From an uncultured delta proteobacterium (GTDB taxonomy: Bacteria; Myxococcota; B64-G9), in NCBI GenBank assembly GCA_963754925.1, contig CAVWHX010000003.1, positions 128,001 to 192,000 on the forward strand: a stretch of DNA of 64,000 nt. The letters are read 5' to 3'. Shown piece by piece: positions 20,547 through 30,866 of the stretch (its first letter is position 1; the number at the start of each line of letters is the position of its first letter). Under the pieces are notes generated by a model. The model made no database searches. It saw only the letters and a list, made by a program, of their open reading frames with translations, and was not told where the DNA came from. The position numbers and the translations under genes are program-made.

Positions 20547-21443
20547 ATGGTTACTAGAGCTACAACCAGTGATTCACCCGTAACGACGCTCATGCAGAAC
20601 GATCGAGCCTTTCCGCCAGAGCTGTTGTCCATTCCTGATCCGCCCGTCCTTCTCTATATGCAGGGTCGGCTGCCGAGCGCACCGCGCGTGGCTGTGGTGG
20701 GCTCGCGAAACGCCGATCCGTATGGGCTCCAACTTGCCACGGAACTCGCACAGGGACTGACCCGAGCTGGCGTGTGTGTGGTGAGCGGCGGGGCGAGCGG
20801 CATCGATACCGCCGCGCTGGAAGCGAGTCTGGCCGTAAACGGTCATCCGATAGCCGTGCTCGGCACCGGCCTGGACAAGGCCTATCCAACGGGCAACCGC
20901 GAGTTATTTGCACGTGTGGCAGCGTCCGGTGCCCTCGTCAGCGAATATCCCCTCGGCACGCCGGGACACCCCGGTAATTTTCCCAGGAGGAATCGGTTGG
21001 TCTCTGGTTTGACACTCGGGGTGGTGGTGGTGCGGGCGGCTTCACAGAGCGGTAGTCTGATAACCGCCCGCGAGGCCGCGCGTCAAGGCCGGACGGTGAT
21101 GGCGGTGCCCGGAGCCGCCGGTAGTGAGCTCAGCCGCGGGGTGCATGATCTCATTCGCCGCGGGGCCCTCTTGGTCGAATCCGCCGAGGACGTGCTCGCA
21201 TCCCTGAACCTGGTGCAGGCGGGGCAGACGGCGTTGCCGCTCGATGTCCCGGCGCCGACCCTCGAGGACGACGAGCGGTTATTGTATGAAGCCATGGGTG
21301 TAGAGGGGTGCTCGATCGATGTGTTGATCGAGCGCTCGGGAATGCCCAGCGGTCAGGTGAGCGCAACGTTACTGGAGATGGAGTTGAAAGGATTGGTCAT
21401 CCAGAAACCAGGATTAGTCTACCTCCAACGCCTACGGACGTGA
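20547..21443 (+). CDS. dprA: DNA-processing protein DprA
   Basis: PDPPVLLY, VAVVGSR, VSGGASGID, FPRRNRLVSGL, SGSLITA and a C-terminal winged helix. Confidence 0.95.
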   Translation: MVTRATTSDSPVTTLMQNDRAFPPELLSIPDPPVLLYMQGRLPSAPRVAVVGSRNADPYGLQLATELAQGLTRAGVCVVSGGASGIDTAALEASLAVNGHPIAVLGTGLDKAYPTGNRELFARVAASGALVSEYPLGTPGHPGNFPRRNRLVSGLTLGVVVVRAASQSGSLITAREAARQGRTVMAVPGAAGSELSRGVHDLIRRGALLVESAEDVLASLNLVQAGQTALPLDVPAPTLEDDERLLYEAMGVEGCSIDVLIERSGMPSGQVSATLLEMELKGLVIQKPGLVYLQRLRT

Positions 21444-21475
21444 TGCGCCCGCGCACCATGCTGATAGGGAGGATT

Positions 21476-23728
21476 ATGCCGAAGCGCTTGTTGATAGTTG
21501 AATCGCCGACGAAAGCAAAAACCGTGAACCGGTATGTTGGAAAAGAATACACCGTCAAAGCCTCCGTCGGGCACGTCAAGGATCTGCCCAAGACGCGCAT
21601 GGGTGTTGATGTCGAGAAAGATTTCACCGTTGAGCTCGAAGTGATCCACGGCAAGAAGAAAGTGCTTACCGACCTCCGTCGGGCGGCGAAGAACGCCGAA
21701 GAGGTTTTTCTCGCGCCCGATCCCGACCGGGAGGGCGAAGCAATCGCCTGGCATATCGCTGAAGAGATCTCCCCCGTCAATTCGAAGGTCTATCGGGTGA
21801 CGTTTAATGAAATCACCCGCAAAGCCGTTTTGGAAGCCATGGAACACCCGCGCCCGCTCGACCATAATTTGTACGATGCCCAACAGGCTCGCCGCGTGTT
21901 GGATCGGCTGGTGGGCTACGAACTGAGCCCGCTCCTGTGGGACAAAGTTCGTAGGGGGCTTTCGGCGGGTCGCGTTCAGTCGGTGGCGGTGCGCTTGGTC
22001 GTCGAACGCGAACAGGAGATCGAAGTCTTCGTGCCGGAGGAGTACTGGTCGATCGAAGAAACGCTGCAGGTGGAAAAAGGCGATACCACGCCCTTTGTGG
22101 CCCAACTCGTTAAAATCCAGGGCGAAAAGGCGGCGGTGTCGAACGCCGAGAAGGCCGAAGAGATCAAAGCCGCGCTGTTGCGCAGCGAACACCAGGTGAC
22201 CGCCATCGAACGCAGCGAGCGTCAGCGACGACCGGGGCCACCGTTTATCACCAGCAAACTGCAGCAGGCGGCAGCGGCAGCGCTCCGTTTTTCGGCCAAA
22301 AAGACTATGAGTCTGGCGCAGCAACTGTACGAGGGAGTAGAAATCGGCGGCGAAGGCATGGTTGGCCTTATCACCTACATGCGCACCGACTCCACCCGCG
22401 TGGCCAACGAAGCCATCGCCGCGGCGCGCGACTATATCAAGGAATCCTTGGGAGCAGACTACCTGCCGGACAGCCCCCAAATCTATAAATCAAAATCAGC
22501 CGCTCAGGACGCCCACGAGGCCATTCGACCGACCGACGTGCGCTATACCCCCGAGCGCGTCAAGGCGAGTCTCGGCGCGGATCAACTCAAGCTCTACGAC
22601 CTCATCTGGCGGCAGTTTGTCACGAGCCAAATGAGCCCGGCGCGCTACGATCGCACCACCCTCACGGTGACGGCCGGTCCCCACGAGCTACGCGCCACCG
22701 GATCGATTTGCACCTTTCCCGGCTTTTTGAAGGTAAGCGGCAATGGCAAAGAAGAGGACGAGGATGTGCTGTTGCCAAACCTCGAACCCGGCGCTGTGCT
22801 AAAGCTGCTCACGGTGACGCCGACACAACACTTCACCCAGCCGCCGCCCCGGTTCAGCGAAGGTACGCTCATCAAGGAGCTCGAAGAGCGCGGGATCGGC
22901 CGCCCTTCGACCTATGCCGCCATCCTCGATACCATCCAAAGCAAAGAGTATGTCGATAAGCGAGAGGGCAGGCTGCATCCGACCGACCTCGGTCGGCTGG
23001 TGACCGAGTTGTTGGTGGAGAGTTTTCCGGACATCATGAGTGTGGATTTTACCGCAGGGATGGAACGCAAACTCGACGAAGTCGAAGGGGGCACGGTCGA
23101 CTGGGTGCAGCTGATGCGGGAGTTTTACAAACCGTTCGCCTCCGCATTGGCGGCGGCCCGTCGCCATATGCGCGACGTCAAGCGGGAGGAGATTCCGACC
23201 GAGCACACCTGCGATTTGTGCGGCGCCACCATGATGATCAAGTGGGGCCGTAACGGTTTCTTTTTATCCTGCTCGAACTACCCCACGTGCAAGAACACCC
23301 GCGAGATCAAGAGCCGGCGCGGCAACACGGTTGAGGTGCTTCCGCCGGAGGAAACGCATGAGGTGTGCGATAAGTGCGGCCGACCGATGAATATCCGACG
23401 GGGTCGCTTCGGCCGTTTTCTGGCTTGCAGCGGCTATCCGGATTGCAAGAATTCTCGATCCATCTCGACCGGCGTCACCTGCCCGCAGTGCAAGAACAAC
23501 CAGTTGGTTGAAAAGCGCAGCCGGCGCGGCCGATTGTTCTTCTCCTGCAGCGGATACCCAGCCTGCACCTTCTCGACCTGGTACCAACCCGTTGCAGAGA
23601 CCTGCCCGACGTGCGGCTTTGGCATACTGGTCCGGAAGGAAACCAAGCGCGACGGACGAGTGCTGGTCTGTCCGGTCAAGGGTTGCGGCTATAAGCGCAC
23701 TTCGGAACCCGAAGCGGACGAAAACTGA
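21476..23728 (+). CDS. topA: DNA topoisomerase I with C-terminal zinc ribbons
   Basis: IVESPTKAK, DPDREGEAI, SAGRVQS, ITYMRTDS, GIGRPSTYA and repeated C4 zinc fingers. Confidence 0.98.
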   Translation: MPKRLLIVESPTKAKTVNRYVGKEYTVKASVGHVKDLPKTRMGVDVEKDFTVELEVIHGKKKVLTDLRRAAKNAEEVFLAPDPDREGEAIAWHIAEEISPVNSKVYRVTFNEITRKAVLEAMEHPRPLDHNLYDAQQARRVLDRLVGYELSPLLWDKVRRGLSAGRVQSVAVRLVVEREQEIEVFVPEEYWSIEETLQVEKGDTTPFVAQLVKIQGEKAAVSNAEKAEEIKAALLRSEHQVTAIERSERQRRPGPPFITSKLQQAAAAALRFSAKKTMSLAQQLYEGVEIGGEGMVGLITYMRTDSTRVANEAIAAARDYIKESLGADYLPDSPQIYKSKSAAQDAHEAIRPTDVRYTPERVKASLGADQLKLYDLIWRQFVTSQMSPARYDRTTLTVTAGPHELRATGSICTFPGFLKVSGNGKEEDEDVLLPNLEPGAVLKLLTVTPTQHFTQPPPRFSEGTLIKELEERGIGRPSTYAAILDTIQSKEYVDKREGRLHPTDLGRLVTELLVESFPDIMSVDFTAGMERKLDEVEGGTVDWVQLMREFYKPFASALAAARRHMRDVKREEIPTEHTCDLCGATMMIKWGRNGFFLSCSNYPTCKNTREIKSRRGNTVEVLPPEETHEVCDKCGRPMNIRRGRFGRFLACSGYPDCKNSRSISTGVTCPQCKNNQLVEKRSRRGRLFFSCSGYPACTFSTWYQPVAETCPTCGFGILVRKETKRDGRVLVCPVKGCGYKRTSEPEADEN

Positions 23729-23734
23729 ACCCAC

Positions 23735-25060
23735 ATGACGGCGGCGCCGATCACGGTCGTTGGAGCGGGTCTGGCGGGCTGCGAGGCAGCGGTTCAACTC
23801 GCCCGTCGGGGAATTGACGTTCGGTTGTGTGAAATGAAGCCGGCAGCATTCTCTCCGGCGCACCGCCTGCCCGGACCGGCCGAATTGGTGTGCTCCAACT
23901 CGCTCAAGTCCGATGATCCGCTCTCCGCCCACGGTCTGCTTAAAACGGAGCTGCGCCGACTGGGTTCCGTGATTCTGTCGGCCGCGGATCGCAGCCGGGT
24001 GCCGGCTGGCTCAGCGCTGGCCGTCGACCGGCATGAGTTTTCTGAATTGATTGCGTCGAACCTGCACGAGTATCCGTCACTTGAGTATTGCCCCGGCGTC
24101 GTCGTTGAACGGCTGCCGGAAGGCACGACGGTGATCACTACCGGCCCCTTGACTCCCGAACCGCTTGTAACCGAGCTGCTGCAGGCGACCGGTGCGGCCG
24201 AGGCCGGCTATTTTTACGATGCCCTCGCTCCCATCGTTGAGGGGAGCAGCATCGATATGACTACCGTTTTTGCAGCCGATCGCTGGAGTGAAAGCGGCAC
24301 GGCAAATTACCTCAACTGCCCCCTCACGCGAGAACAATACCAACGTTTTCTGCAGGCACTGCGCACGGCGCCACGCACCCCATTGCATCCCTTTGAACAT
24401 CCACGCTACTTCGAGGGGTGCTTACCGATCGAGGTGATGGCGGAGCGCGGCGACGATACCCTGGCCTTTGGACCGATGCGGCCGGTGGGCCTCGCTACGC
24501 CTGGCAGGCGACCGTACGCCGTGGTACAGTTGCGGCCAGAAAACCGCGCGCGGAGCGCCTTCAACTTGGTCGGCTTTCAGACTAAGCTCACCCAGGGTGC
24601 GCAGGTTGAGGTTTTTCGCATGATTCCTGGACTTGAACAGGCTGTTTTCCTGCGCTACGGCGCGATTCACCGGAACTTTTACCTCAATGCTCCAGCCGTG
24701 TTGGACGATACCCTTGCCGTGCGCACCTGTTCCCGAATTCGAGTAGCTGGTCAGATTAGCGGCGTCGAAGGCTATATCGAAAGCGCGGCCATCGGGCTTT
24801 TGACCGGATTGATGCTGGCCGGCGCACTGATCGGGAAGGCGGCGGAGCCGCCACCGCGCGATACGGCCCTTGGTTCACTCTACGCTCATCTGCGCGGACG
24901 CACCGGAGCTGTGAGCTTTGAGCCGATGAACATTCACTTTGGACTCCTGCCGGAGGCACCACCCCAACCGCAGCACCGCTCCCGCGCTGAACGACGGCGG
25001 GCCGTGATCCGGCGCGCCCACGAGGCGTTCGAACCATGGATAGCCCGAACACTACCGTGA
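23735..25060 (+). CDS. trmFO: tRNA (uracil-54) methyltransferase TrmFO/Gid
   Basis: GAGLAGCEAA, ELVCSNS, FEGCLPIE, GFQTKL, AGQISGVEGY. Confidence 0.96.
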   Translation: MTAAPITVVGAGLAGCEAAVQLARRGIDVRLCEMKPAAFSPAHRLPGPAELVCSNSLKSDDPLSAHGLLKTELRRLGSVILSAADRSRVPAGSALAVDRHEFSELIASNLHEYPSLEYCPGVVVERLPEGTTVITTGPLTPEPLVTELLQATGAAEAGYFYDALAPIVEGSSIDMTTVFAADRWSESGTANYLNCPLTREQYQRFLQALRTAPRTPLHPFEHPRYFEGCLPIEVMAERGDDTLAFGPMRPVGLATPGRRPYAVVQLRPENRARSAFNLVGFQTKLTQGAQVEVFRMIPGLEQAVFLRYGAIHRNFYLNAPAVLDDTLAVRTCSRIRVAGQISGVEGYIESAAIGLLTGLMLAGALIGKAAEPPPRDTALGSLYAHLRGRTGAVSFEPMNIHFGLLPEAPPQPQHRSRAERRRAVIRRAHEAFEPWIARTLP

Positions 25061-26238
25061 GCTCTCTGCCGGTCGTCGCGGTAAGTCCGCGGGCGGCCAA
25101 ACGCTTGCGCGCCGGCCATGTTTGGGTCTACCGTTCGGAGATCGTTGACCCGGGCGCCGGCCGGCCGGGGGATATCGTCGCCATCGAGGGAACCCATCCC
25201 TCGGGCGGGCGCAACCCGTTGGGCATCGCCTTCTTCAATCCCGAATCGCTCATCACCCTGCGTCTCATCAGCCGCGATCGGATTTCGCCTGACATCGACT
25301 TTTGGCGCCAGCGTTTGATGCGGGCGATTGCCCTACGCACACAACTCGCTGGCACGGATACCCTTGGGCGATTGGTGTTTTCCGAAGCTGACGGATTGCC
25401 GGGGTTAATCGTCGACCGCTATGCCGATGTCGTGGTACTTCAAACCGTTTGCCGCGGGACCGACCGGCTGTTGCCGCTCTGGATAGAACTGCTCACCGAG
25501 CTCTGCCATCCCCGGGCGCTGGTCGAACGTAACGACGTCTCGGCCCGCACGCTTGAGGGCCTGCCCGAGCGCGCCTCGGTGCTGACCGGCTCGCTTCCGG
25601 GACCGGTCCCGGTGCGCGAGGGAAACTTAACCATCCTGATTGACCCCCTGGCTGGTCAAAAGACGGGGGCCTACCTCGACCAACGTGAAAATCATCTGCG
25701 GGCCGCCGCCTATGCGCGGGGAAGGTGTCTGGATGTTTTTTCGTACCAGGGGGGCTTTGGACTGCACCTCAAAAAGGCTGGGGCCGAGGACGTCACGCTG
25801 GTCGATCAGTCCGGCCGCGCATTGGACGTAGCCCAAACCACTGCAGCGCAAAACGGGCTTGCCGTGCAGACTGTAGCCGCCAATGCTTTTGATTTTCTCC
25901 ACGAACAGCAAACGGCAGGCGCCCACTACGACGTGGTGGTGCTTGACCCGCCGGCCTTCGCCAAGAACCGCGCGTCGCTTCCAAAAGCCGTGCGTGGTTA
26001 TAAGGACCTCAACCTGCGGGCGATGCGATTGTTGAACACGGGTGGAATATTGATTACCTCAAGCTGCTCCTATCATCTGCTGCCGACTCACTTCGAGCGC
26101 GTGATTCAGGAGGCGGCTTCTGACGCAGGCCGCTCACTCCAGATTGTCGAACGCCTGTCGGCGGCCCGCGACCATCCCGAACGACTGGGATTCCCTGAGT
26201 CGCACTACCTTAAGTGCCTTATCCTGAGGGTTCTATGA
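25036..26238 (+). CDS. rlmI: RlmI/RlmK-family SAM-dependent rRNA methyltransferase with PUA domain
   Basis: GHVWVY, EADGLPGLIVDRY, GQKTGAYLDQREN, LDPPAF, SCS. Confidence 0.88.
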   Translation: MDSPNTTVSSLPVVAVSPRAAKRLRAGHVWVYRSEIVDPGAGRPGDIVAIEGTHPSGGRNPLGIAFFNPESLITLRLISRDRISPDIDFWRQRLMRAIALRTQLAGTDTLGRLVFSEADGLPGLIVDRYADVVVLQTVCRGTDRLLPLWIELLTELCHPRALVERNDVSARTLEGLPERASVLTGSLPGPVPVREGNLTILIDPLAGQKTGAYLDQRENHLRAAAYARGRCLDVFSYQGGFGLHLKKAGAEDVTLVDQSGRALDVAQTTAAQNGLAVQTVAANAFDFLHEQQTAGAHYDVVVLDPPAFAKNRASLPKAVRGYKDLNLRAMRLLNTGGILITSSCSYHLLPTHFERVIQEAASDAGRSLQIVERLSAARDHPERLGFPESHYLKCLILRVL

Positions 26239-27035
26239 ACGAAACGATTCCCTCCCCAGGTCAGTGCGAGGGGCCCCTGATTCTCAAAGCCGCGCTCTTG
26301 GACCTGCCCCACATCCGCCACGGCTTCAGCACCCGCCGGGGTGGCTGTTCGATCGGCGCGTGGCGCGGCATGAACGTATCAACGAACGAAGGCGATGCAG
26401 CAGCCTCGGTCGCCGAAAACCGCAGACGCCTCGCACGCCACGCCGGCTTTGCCTTGAAATCGCTCGCAGGGCTATCCCAAGTGCACGGTCGACAGGTACT
26501 GCGCATCGACAGCCTCGAGACCATACCACCGGAACGGGAACGACGTTTCGACGCCAGCATTTCAAATCAACCGGGGGTGGTGCTCGCCGTACAAACAGCA
26601 GATTGCGCGCCCATCCTCGTCGCGAGCACCAAACCGCGGGCCGTTGGCGCCATCCACGCCGGTTGGCGCGGGACGCTCCAGGACGTTGCCGGAGCCGCTA
26701 TCAAGAATTTTTGTGAATCCTACGGGTGCCAATCCGCGGAGCTCGTTGTAGCCATCGGGCCCTGTATCCATGCCTGTTGCTACCAGGTCGATACGGCGGT
26801 ATTCGAGCAGTTTCGGAAAAGATTTGGCACGCGCGCCGTCTCGGGCGAGTGTGCTGTCTTAGGTGTAGATCTCGTCTCGGCAAACCGCATGCTTCTAGAA
26901 GCCGCAGGCATACCCTCCGCGCAGATAGAGGTAATCGATCTATGTACGTCGTGCCGAGAAGATTTGTTTTTCTCCCATCGGCGCGATCGGGGCGTCACCG
27001 GTCGCCAACTGGCATTTATAGAACTACTTTCGTGA
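26235..27035 (+). CDS. pgeF: PgeF/YfiH (laccase-domain) protein
   Basis: HGFSTRRGG, QVHG, TADCAPI, HAGWRG, GPCI, FFSHR. Confidence 0.93.
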   Translation: MNETIPSPGQCEGPLILKAALLDLPHIRHGFSTRRGGCSIGAWRGMNVSTNEGDAAASVAENRRRLARHAGFALKSLAGLSQVHGRQVLRIDSLETIPPERERRFDASISNQPGVVLAVQTADCAPILVASTKPRAVGAIHAGWRGTLQDVAGAAIKNFCESYGCQSAELVVAIGPCIHACCYQVDTAVFEQFRKRFGTRAVSGECAVLGVDLVSANRMLLEAAGIPSAQIEVIDLCTSCREDLFFSHRRDRGVTGRQLAFIELLS

Positions 27036-27064
27036 GCTTTCGGGGAGTCACGGGGGATGGTGGC

Positions 27065-27535
27065 ATGGAGCGTCAAGGATTATTGAGTCTGTTGTTTTCC
27101 CACCACATGGTTGAAGACTTTCATTTGACCTATGCGTTGCGCGTGGGGTCGCGCACCCTGCATTTCTGTGCGCGCTGCGCTGGTTTGTATCCGGCGATGT
27201 TTTGTACCTTGTTGATCGGCCGTTTGACGACGCGATGGCCGTTCTGGTTGGAAGGAATGCTTTTGTTTTTAGCTCCTCTTCCCGCCCTCATTGACTGGGG
27301 AACCACTGCCGCCACGGGCAAGCTTGAGCGCAGCAACACGATTCGGATGCTTACGGGAATCGGCCTTGGCATCAGCCTCGGAACAAACCTCTTGATAAAC
27401 ACCTACGAACTTCTGGCCCTGCCCGTGAGAGCTCAAGTGATTTACTTTCTGGCGATTATTTGGGTGGTGTGGTTAGTGAGCTACTTGATACGCCGGAAAA
27501 ACAAGCCACGCAGCGCCAATCGGTTGGTGCGATAG
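27065..27535 (+). CDS. DUF2085-like membrane protein
   Basis: CARCAGLY motif, IDW, NTIRMLTG and several TM helices. Confidence 0.7.
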   Translation: MERQGLLSLLFSHHMVEDFHLTYALRVGSRTLHFCARCAGLYPAMFCTLLIGRLTTRWPFWLEGMLLFLAPLPALIDWGTTAATGKLERSNTIRMLTGIGLGISLGTNLLINTYELLALPVRAQVIYFLAIIWVVWLVSYLIRRKNKPRSANRLVR

Positions 27536-27536
27536 T

Positions 27537-28225
27537 TCAGGTGTGTGGGAACAACTCGAGCCGCCCGTCAGTTTCACAGACTCCGGCGAACGAGCGGCGG
27601 TGAATTTCGCACGGACCGTACTCGGCCAGGGCGCGTTTATGGGTGGCAGTCGCGTAGCCTTTGTGCCGATCAAAGCCGTACTGGGGAAAGCACTTGTGGT
27701 ATTCGTCCATTAACCCATCGCGATAGACTTTAGCCAGGATCGACGCGGCCGATACCGTCTTCGAACGGGCATCAGCCTTGATAAAGGGCTTCTGCAAGAC
27801 CGGCGGCGCACCGGCGGGGAGCGGAAAAGAAAAATCCCCGTCAACCAGCACCAGGTCGGGCAGCAGACCACACGCGAGCACCCGCGCAAAAGCTATCGAC
27901 ATGGCCTCAAGGCTCGCCCTGAGGATGTTGATGCGATCAATACGCGCGGGCTCAACCCATCCGAAACCGAACGCGACGGCGTGCTTACGGATGTCTTCGG
28001 ATAACCTTTTTCGCTGGGCGGAAGAAAGTTGCTTGGAATCCGCGAGGCCCTCGATTCGATGGTCGAGGGGCAACACCACCGCTGCGGCCACGACGGGTCC
28101 GGCCAGCGGTCCGCGCCCGACTTCATCCACGCCGGTGATTATCGTATAGCCACGGCCACGGGCCCAGGCGTCCAAGTCATCCGTGCTGGTTTCATCGGAG
28201 AAGAGCTCTGCCGTCTTTGAGCCAT
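27537..28225 (-). CDS. rnhB: Ribonuclease HII
   Basis: GVDEVGRGPLAGPV, DSK, AASILAKV, HKGY, HRRSF. The natural-looking ATG at 28225 needs one extra A at 28216-28218 to be in frame. Confidence 0.96.
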
Positions 28226-28227
28226 TC

Positions 28228-30360
28228 TTACAGACTGAACGATGCGGAGGCATAGCGGGCTAACTCCGGGCTTCTCGCTAACAGGATCACTTGGGTGTTG
28301 CGACCAAGACTCGCCAATAGCTTCCCTATCACATCGTAGTGACGTTCCGAAATTGACCTAAACGCATCATCAAAGATGACCGGCATCGGCTGCGTTGCAC
28401 TCGATAATTCGATGAGGGTGCATTTCAGGCCGAGGTAGATAAGGTCCTGCATGCTCATGGGCAAGGTTGTAAAAGGAATGCTTCCGCCCCCGCTTCCTTC
28501 GATACAGTCCAGGGTGCCGCCGGGATTGATAGCCACCCGTGAAAAAGCCTTGTCGGTGAGCACCTCAACATACTGGCTGCATCGTGGCGCGAGCACCGCC
28601 GCGAGTTGTTCACTATCTTTTAACAATAGGTCTTGACCAAGCAGCAGGAGCGTTTGGCAGGCATCCGGGCCGATATCAACCGGCTGAGTTGATGCATCAG
28701 CATCTGCCCGGCCCTTGGAAAACCTTCTGGGCGGTGATGCCGATGTCGTATCGTAATCAAGAGTCCCGGCATAATTCTCATCAGAAGCGGCCAATGCCGC
28801 CGACGCACCACCCGGGCGCTCGAGCTTTTCCTTGATGCGTTTGATTCTGCGCTCCATATCCTTCGGATGAAGGGCGGTCGAACCAAAAGCCGCCAGCTTA
28901 CCCTCGATCTGCTTGATCTTTTCACCCAACGCCGCGCGCTTTGCCTCCAGCTGTTCAACTCCCAGCTCGTTTCGTTTTGCTTGTTCCTGATCGCGGGCCT
29001 GGCGGAGGGCGATGAGCACCTGGTTGCGTTGTTTCACGGCATCGAGTAACGCCTCGGGCGTCTGAACCTCAAATTGTTCGAGCGCCCGACGCACCATCGC
29101 GGTGTCGAGGTCAAACTGGCGATCGAGCTTTTGGCGCCGGGCGGCGCTGAGATCGAGTCGCTTCCGGGAGCGTTCTGCGTTCGCCCGATAATCGATGTGG
29201 CGGATGACGGCAACGCCGGCAATCGCGAATCCCACGAGGTCAACGAGAGCCAGGTAGCGCAATGGCTCATAGAAAACAAACCCCAGCAGGCCCACTACCA
29301 ACGCCCCAACGCCGATCAATAACCCAATTTGGAACGTGCGGTTCTTAAGCAACGGCGGCCGCTCGCTCTCGATGGTACGTTGTTCCCAAGCTGCACGCTC
29401 TTCCTCAAGACGAGCCAAATCGGCCTTGTGTTTAGCCGTGCGATCGTGATATGCTTTTGCCACCTTTTCAAAGTTCTCGGGCAGCGCAGAAAGTTTTTCG
29501 TACCGCTGCAGATCGTTCTCCAATTGGGAAATTTTGTCGCCGATCTCTTTGATGCCCCGGAGGCGCGAATCAATGTCGAACACCTGTTTTTGCAATCCAT
29601 CAACCTCAAACTGAAGTTCGTCCGCTTCCGAAACGGCCGCCAGGTCGCGTTGCAATAGGGCGAGCTGTTCACGCAACGTCGCCTCGTCATCCGGGAGGAC
29701 CTCTTGATCGTCGGCATCATCGCGGTATGTTGATCCCGTAACCACAAAAGCGCCGGCATCGGAAATTATTTGGCTTGGTGGAAGCGGCCGTGCGACACCG
29801 CCGCTGCTCGAGGGTTTTCCCCGCAGGCCCGATACCGGTCCATCCTGGCGCCGTCCGACGATGTTGCCCTTGGAGACACCCGCGGCGGGGGCCTGCTCAG
29901 GTGGCCGGGAGGCAGCCGCCGGTCTGGCCGATGGCAGATCGGACGCCCTAGTGACAAATATCCCTTCGAATACGTCCTGCGACGGCAGGTGAAAATTGGC
30001 GCCGAGGTACTGGAGAATATCCGCGCGCAAGGTGCTAACCGGAACAAAACGTCCGGTTGCGGCGTCCTGGCTGGTGAGCACCACAGACCCGCGCGAGAGA
30101 TCTTTTACCAAACGGTAGGGCTGGCCCTTGTGGTCGAGCATCGTCAATGCCGCACGGCAGACGTCACCGCTTTTGCCGGCGAAGGCGTTACTGTCTGTTG
30201 GGTCCGTCCGCGCAAAGAGCAAATAGATAATAATATCCACTATCGTGGATTTTCCAGCCCCCTCGGCGCCGCAGAAAAGGGTAAAGCCATTACCCAGCTC
30301 GAGGCGGTACATTTGATCAAAACGGCGGACACCTTGTAGGACTAACTCACTAAACTGCAT
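28228..30360 (-). CDS. SMC/Rad50-like (YhaN/AAA_27-type) coiled-coil ATPase with two internal TM helices
   Basis: N-terminal GAEGAGKST Walker A, long coiled coil, central hydrophobic hairpin, C-terminal PVIFDDAF Walker B. Confidence 0.75.
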   Translation of the reverse strand: MQFSELVLQGVRRFDQMYRLELGNGFTLFCGAEGAGKSTIVDIIIYLLFARTDPTDSNAFAGKSGDVCRAALTMLDHKGQPYRLVKDLSRGSVVLTSQDAATGRFVPVSTLRADILQYLGANFHLPSQDVFEGIFVTRASDLPSARPAAASRPPEQAPAAGVSKGNIVGRRQDGPVSGLRGKPSSSGGVARPLPPSQIISDAGAFVVTGSTYRDDADDQEVLPDDEATLREQLALLQRDLAAVSEADELQFEVDGLQKQVFDIDSRLRGIKEIGDKISQLENDLQRYEKLSALPENFEKVAKAYHDRTAKHKADLARLEEERAAWEQRTIESERPPLLKNRTFQIGLLIGVGALVVGLLGFVFYEPLRYLALVDLVGFAIAGVAVIRHIDYRANAERSRKRLDLSAARRQKLDRQFDLDTAMVRRALEQFEVQTPEALLDAVKQRNQVLIALRQARDQEQAKRNELGVEQLEAKRAALGEKIKQIEGKLAAFGSTALHPKDMERRIKRIKEKLERPGGASAALAASDENYAGTLDYDTTSASPPRRFSKGRADADASTQPVDIGPDACQTLLLLGQDLLLKDSEQLAAVLAPRCSQYVEVLTDKAFSRVAINPGGTLDCIEGSGGGSIPFTTLPMSMQDLIYLGLKCTLIELSSATQPMPVIFDDAFRSISERHYDVIGKLLASLGRNTQVILLARSPELARYASASFSL

Positions 30361-30465
30361 GTTACCCCACGCTCTGCAGGTACCTAACGTAGGTCTTCAC
30401 GTGTAACCAACCCCCGACGGTAATGGAAACACAAGCAACTAACGTGAAAACAGAAATAGGGAGTT

Positions 30466-30803
30466 TCAAACCTCTTTAAGCGGGCGGCCTTACCCTTGAG
30501 ATCACGCAAGTAGTACAGCTTGGCGCGGCGCACCCTGCTTGAACGCACCACCTCGATTTTTTCCAGGCGGGGGGAATGAAGCGGGAAAATCCGCTCCACG
30601 CCGACGCCGTAGGAAACCTTGCGTACCGTGACGTTCTCGCTCACCCCGCTGCCGCGGCGCCGAATGACGACCCCTTGAAATACCTGCACTCGTTCTTTGT
30701 CGCCTTCCACAACTCGCATGTGCACCCGAACCGTGTCGCCAACCCGGAACGGATCTACCGTTGTCCGAAGATAGCTCTTCTCAAGTTGTTCCAACTTCCG
30801 CAT
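30466..30803 (-). CDS. rplS: 50S ribosomal protein L19 (C-terminal frameshift at 30475-30477; reads on to 30384 as assembled)
   Basis: [40 protein letters not shown]. One extra A restores ...KAARLKEV-stop. Confidence 0.95.
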
Positions 30804-30866
30804 GTTCTTCCTCCTTAATAACGCAATAGATCTCATCCGGATCTCGTGTGACAACCACCATCGAGT

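Noticed and set aside
21419..22480. 353-aa antisense ORF
   Set aside because: Shadow of topA in GC-rich DNA with no recognisable motifs.
30384..30465. Cys/His-rich C-terminal extension of L19
   Set aside because: Explained by one missing A. The corrected frame stops at 30466.
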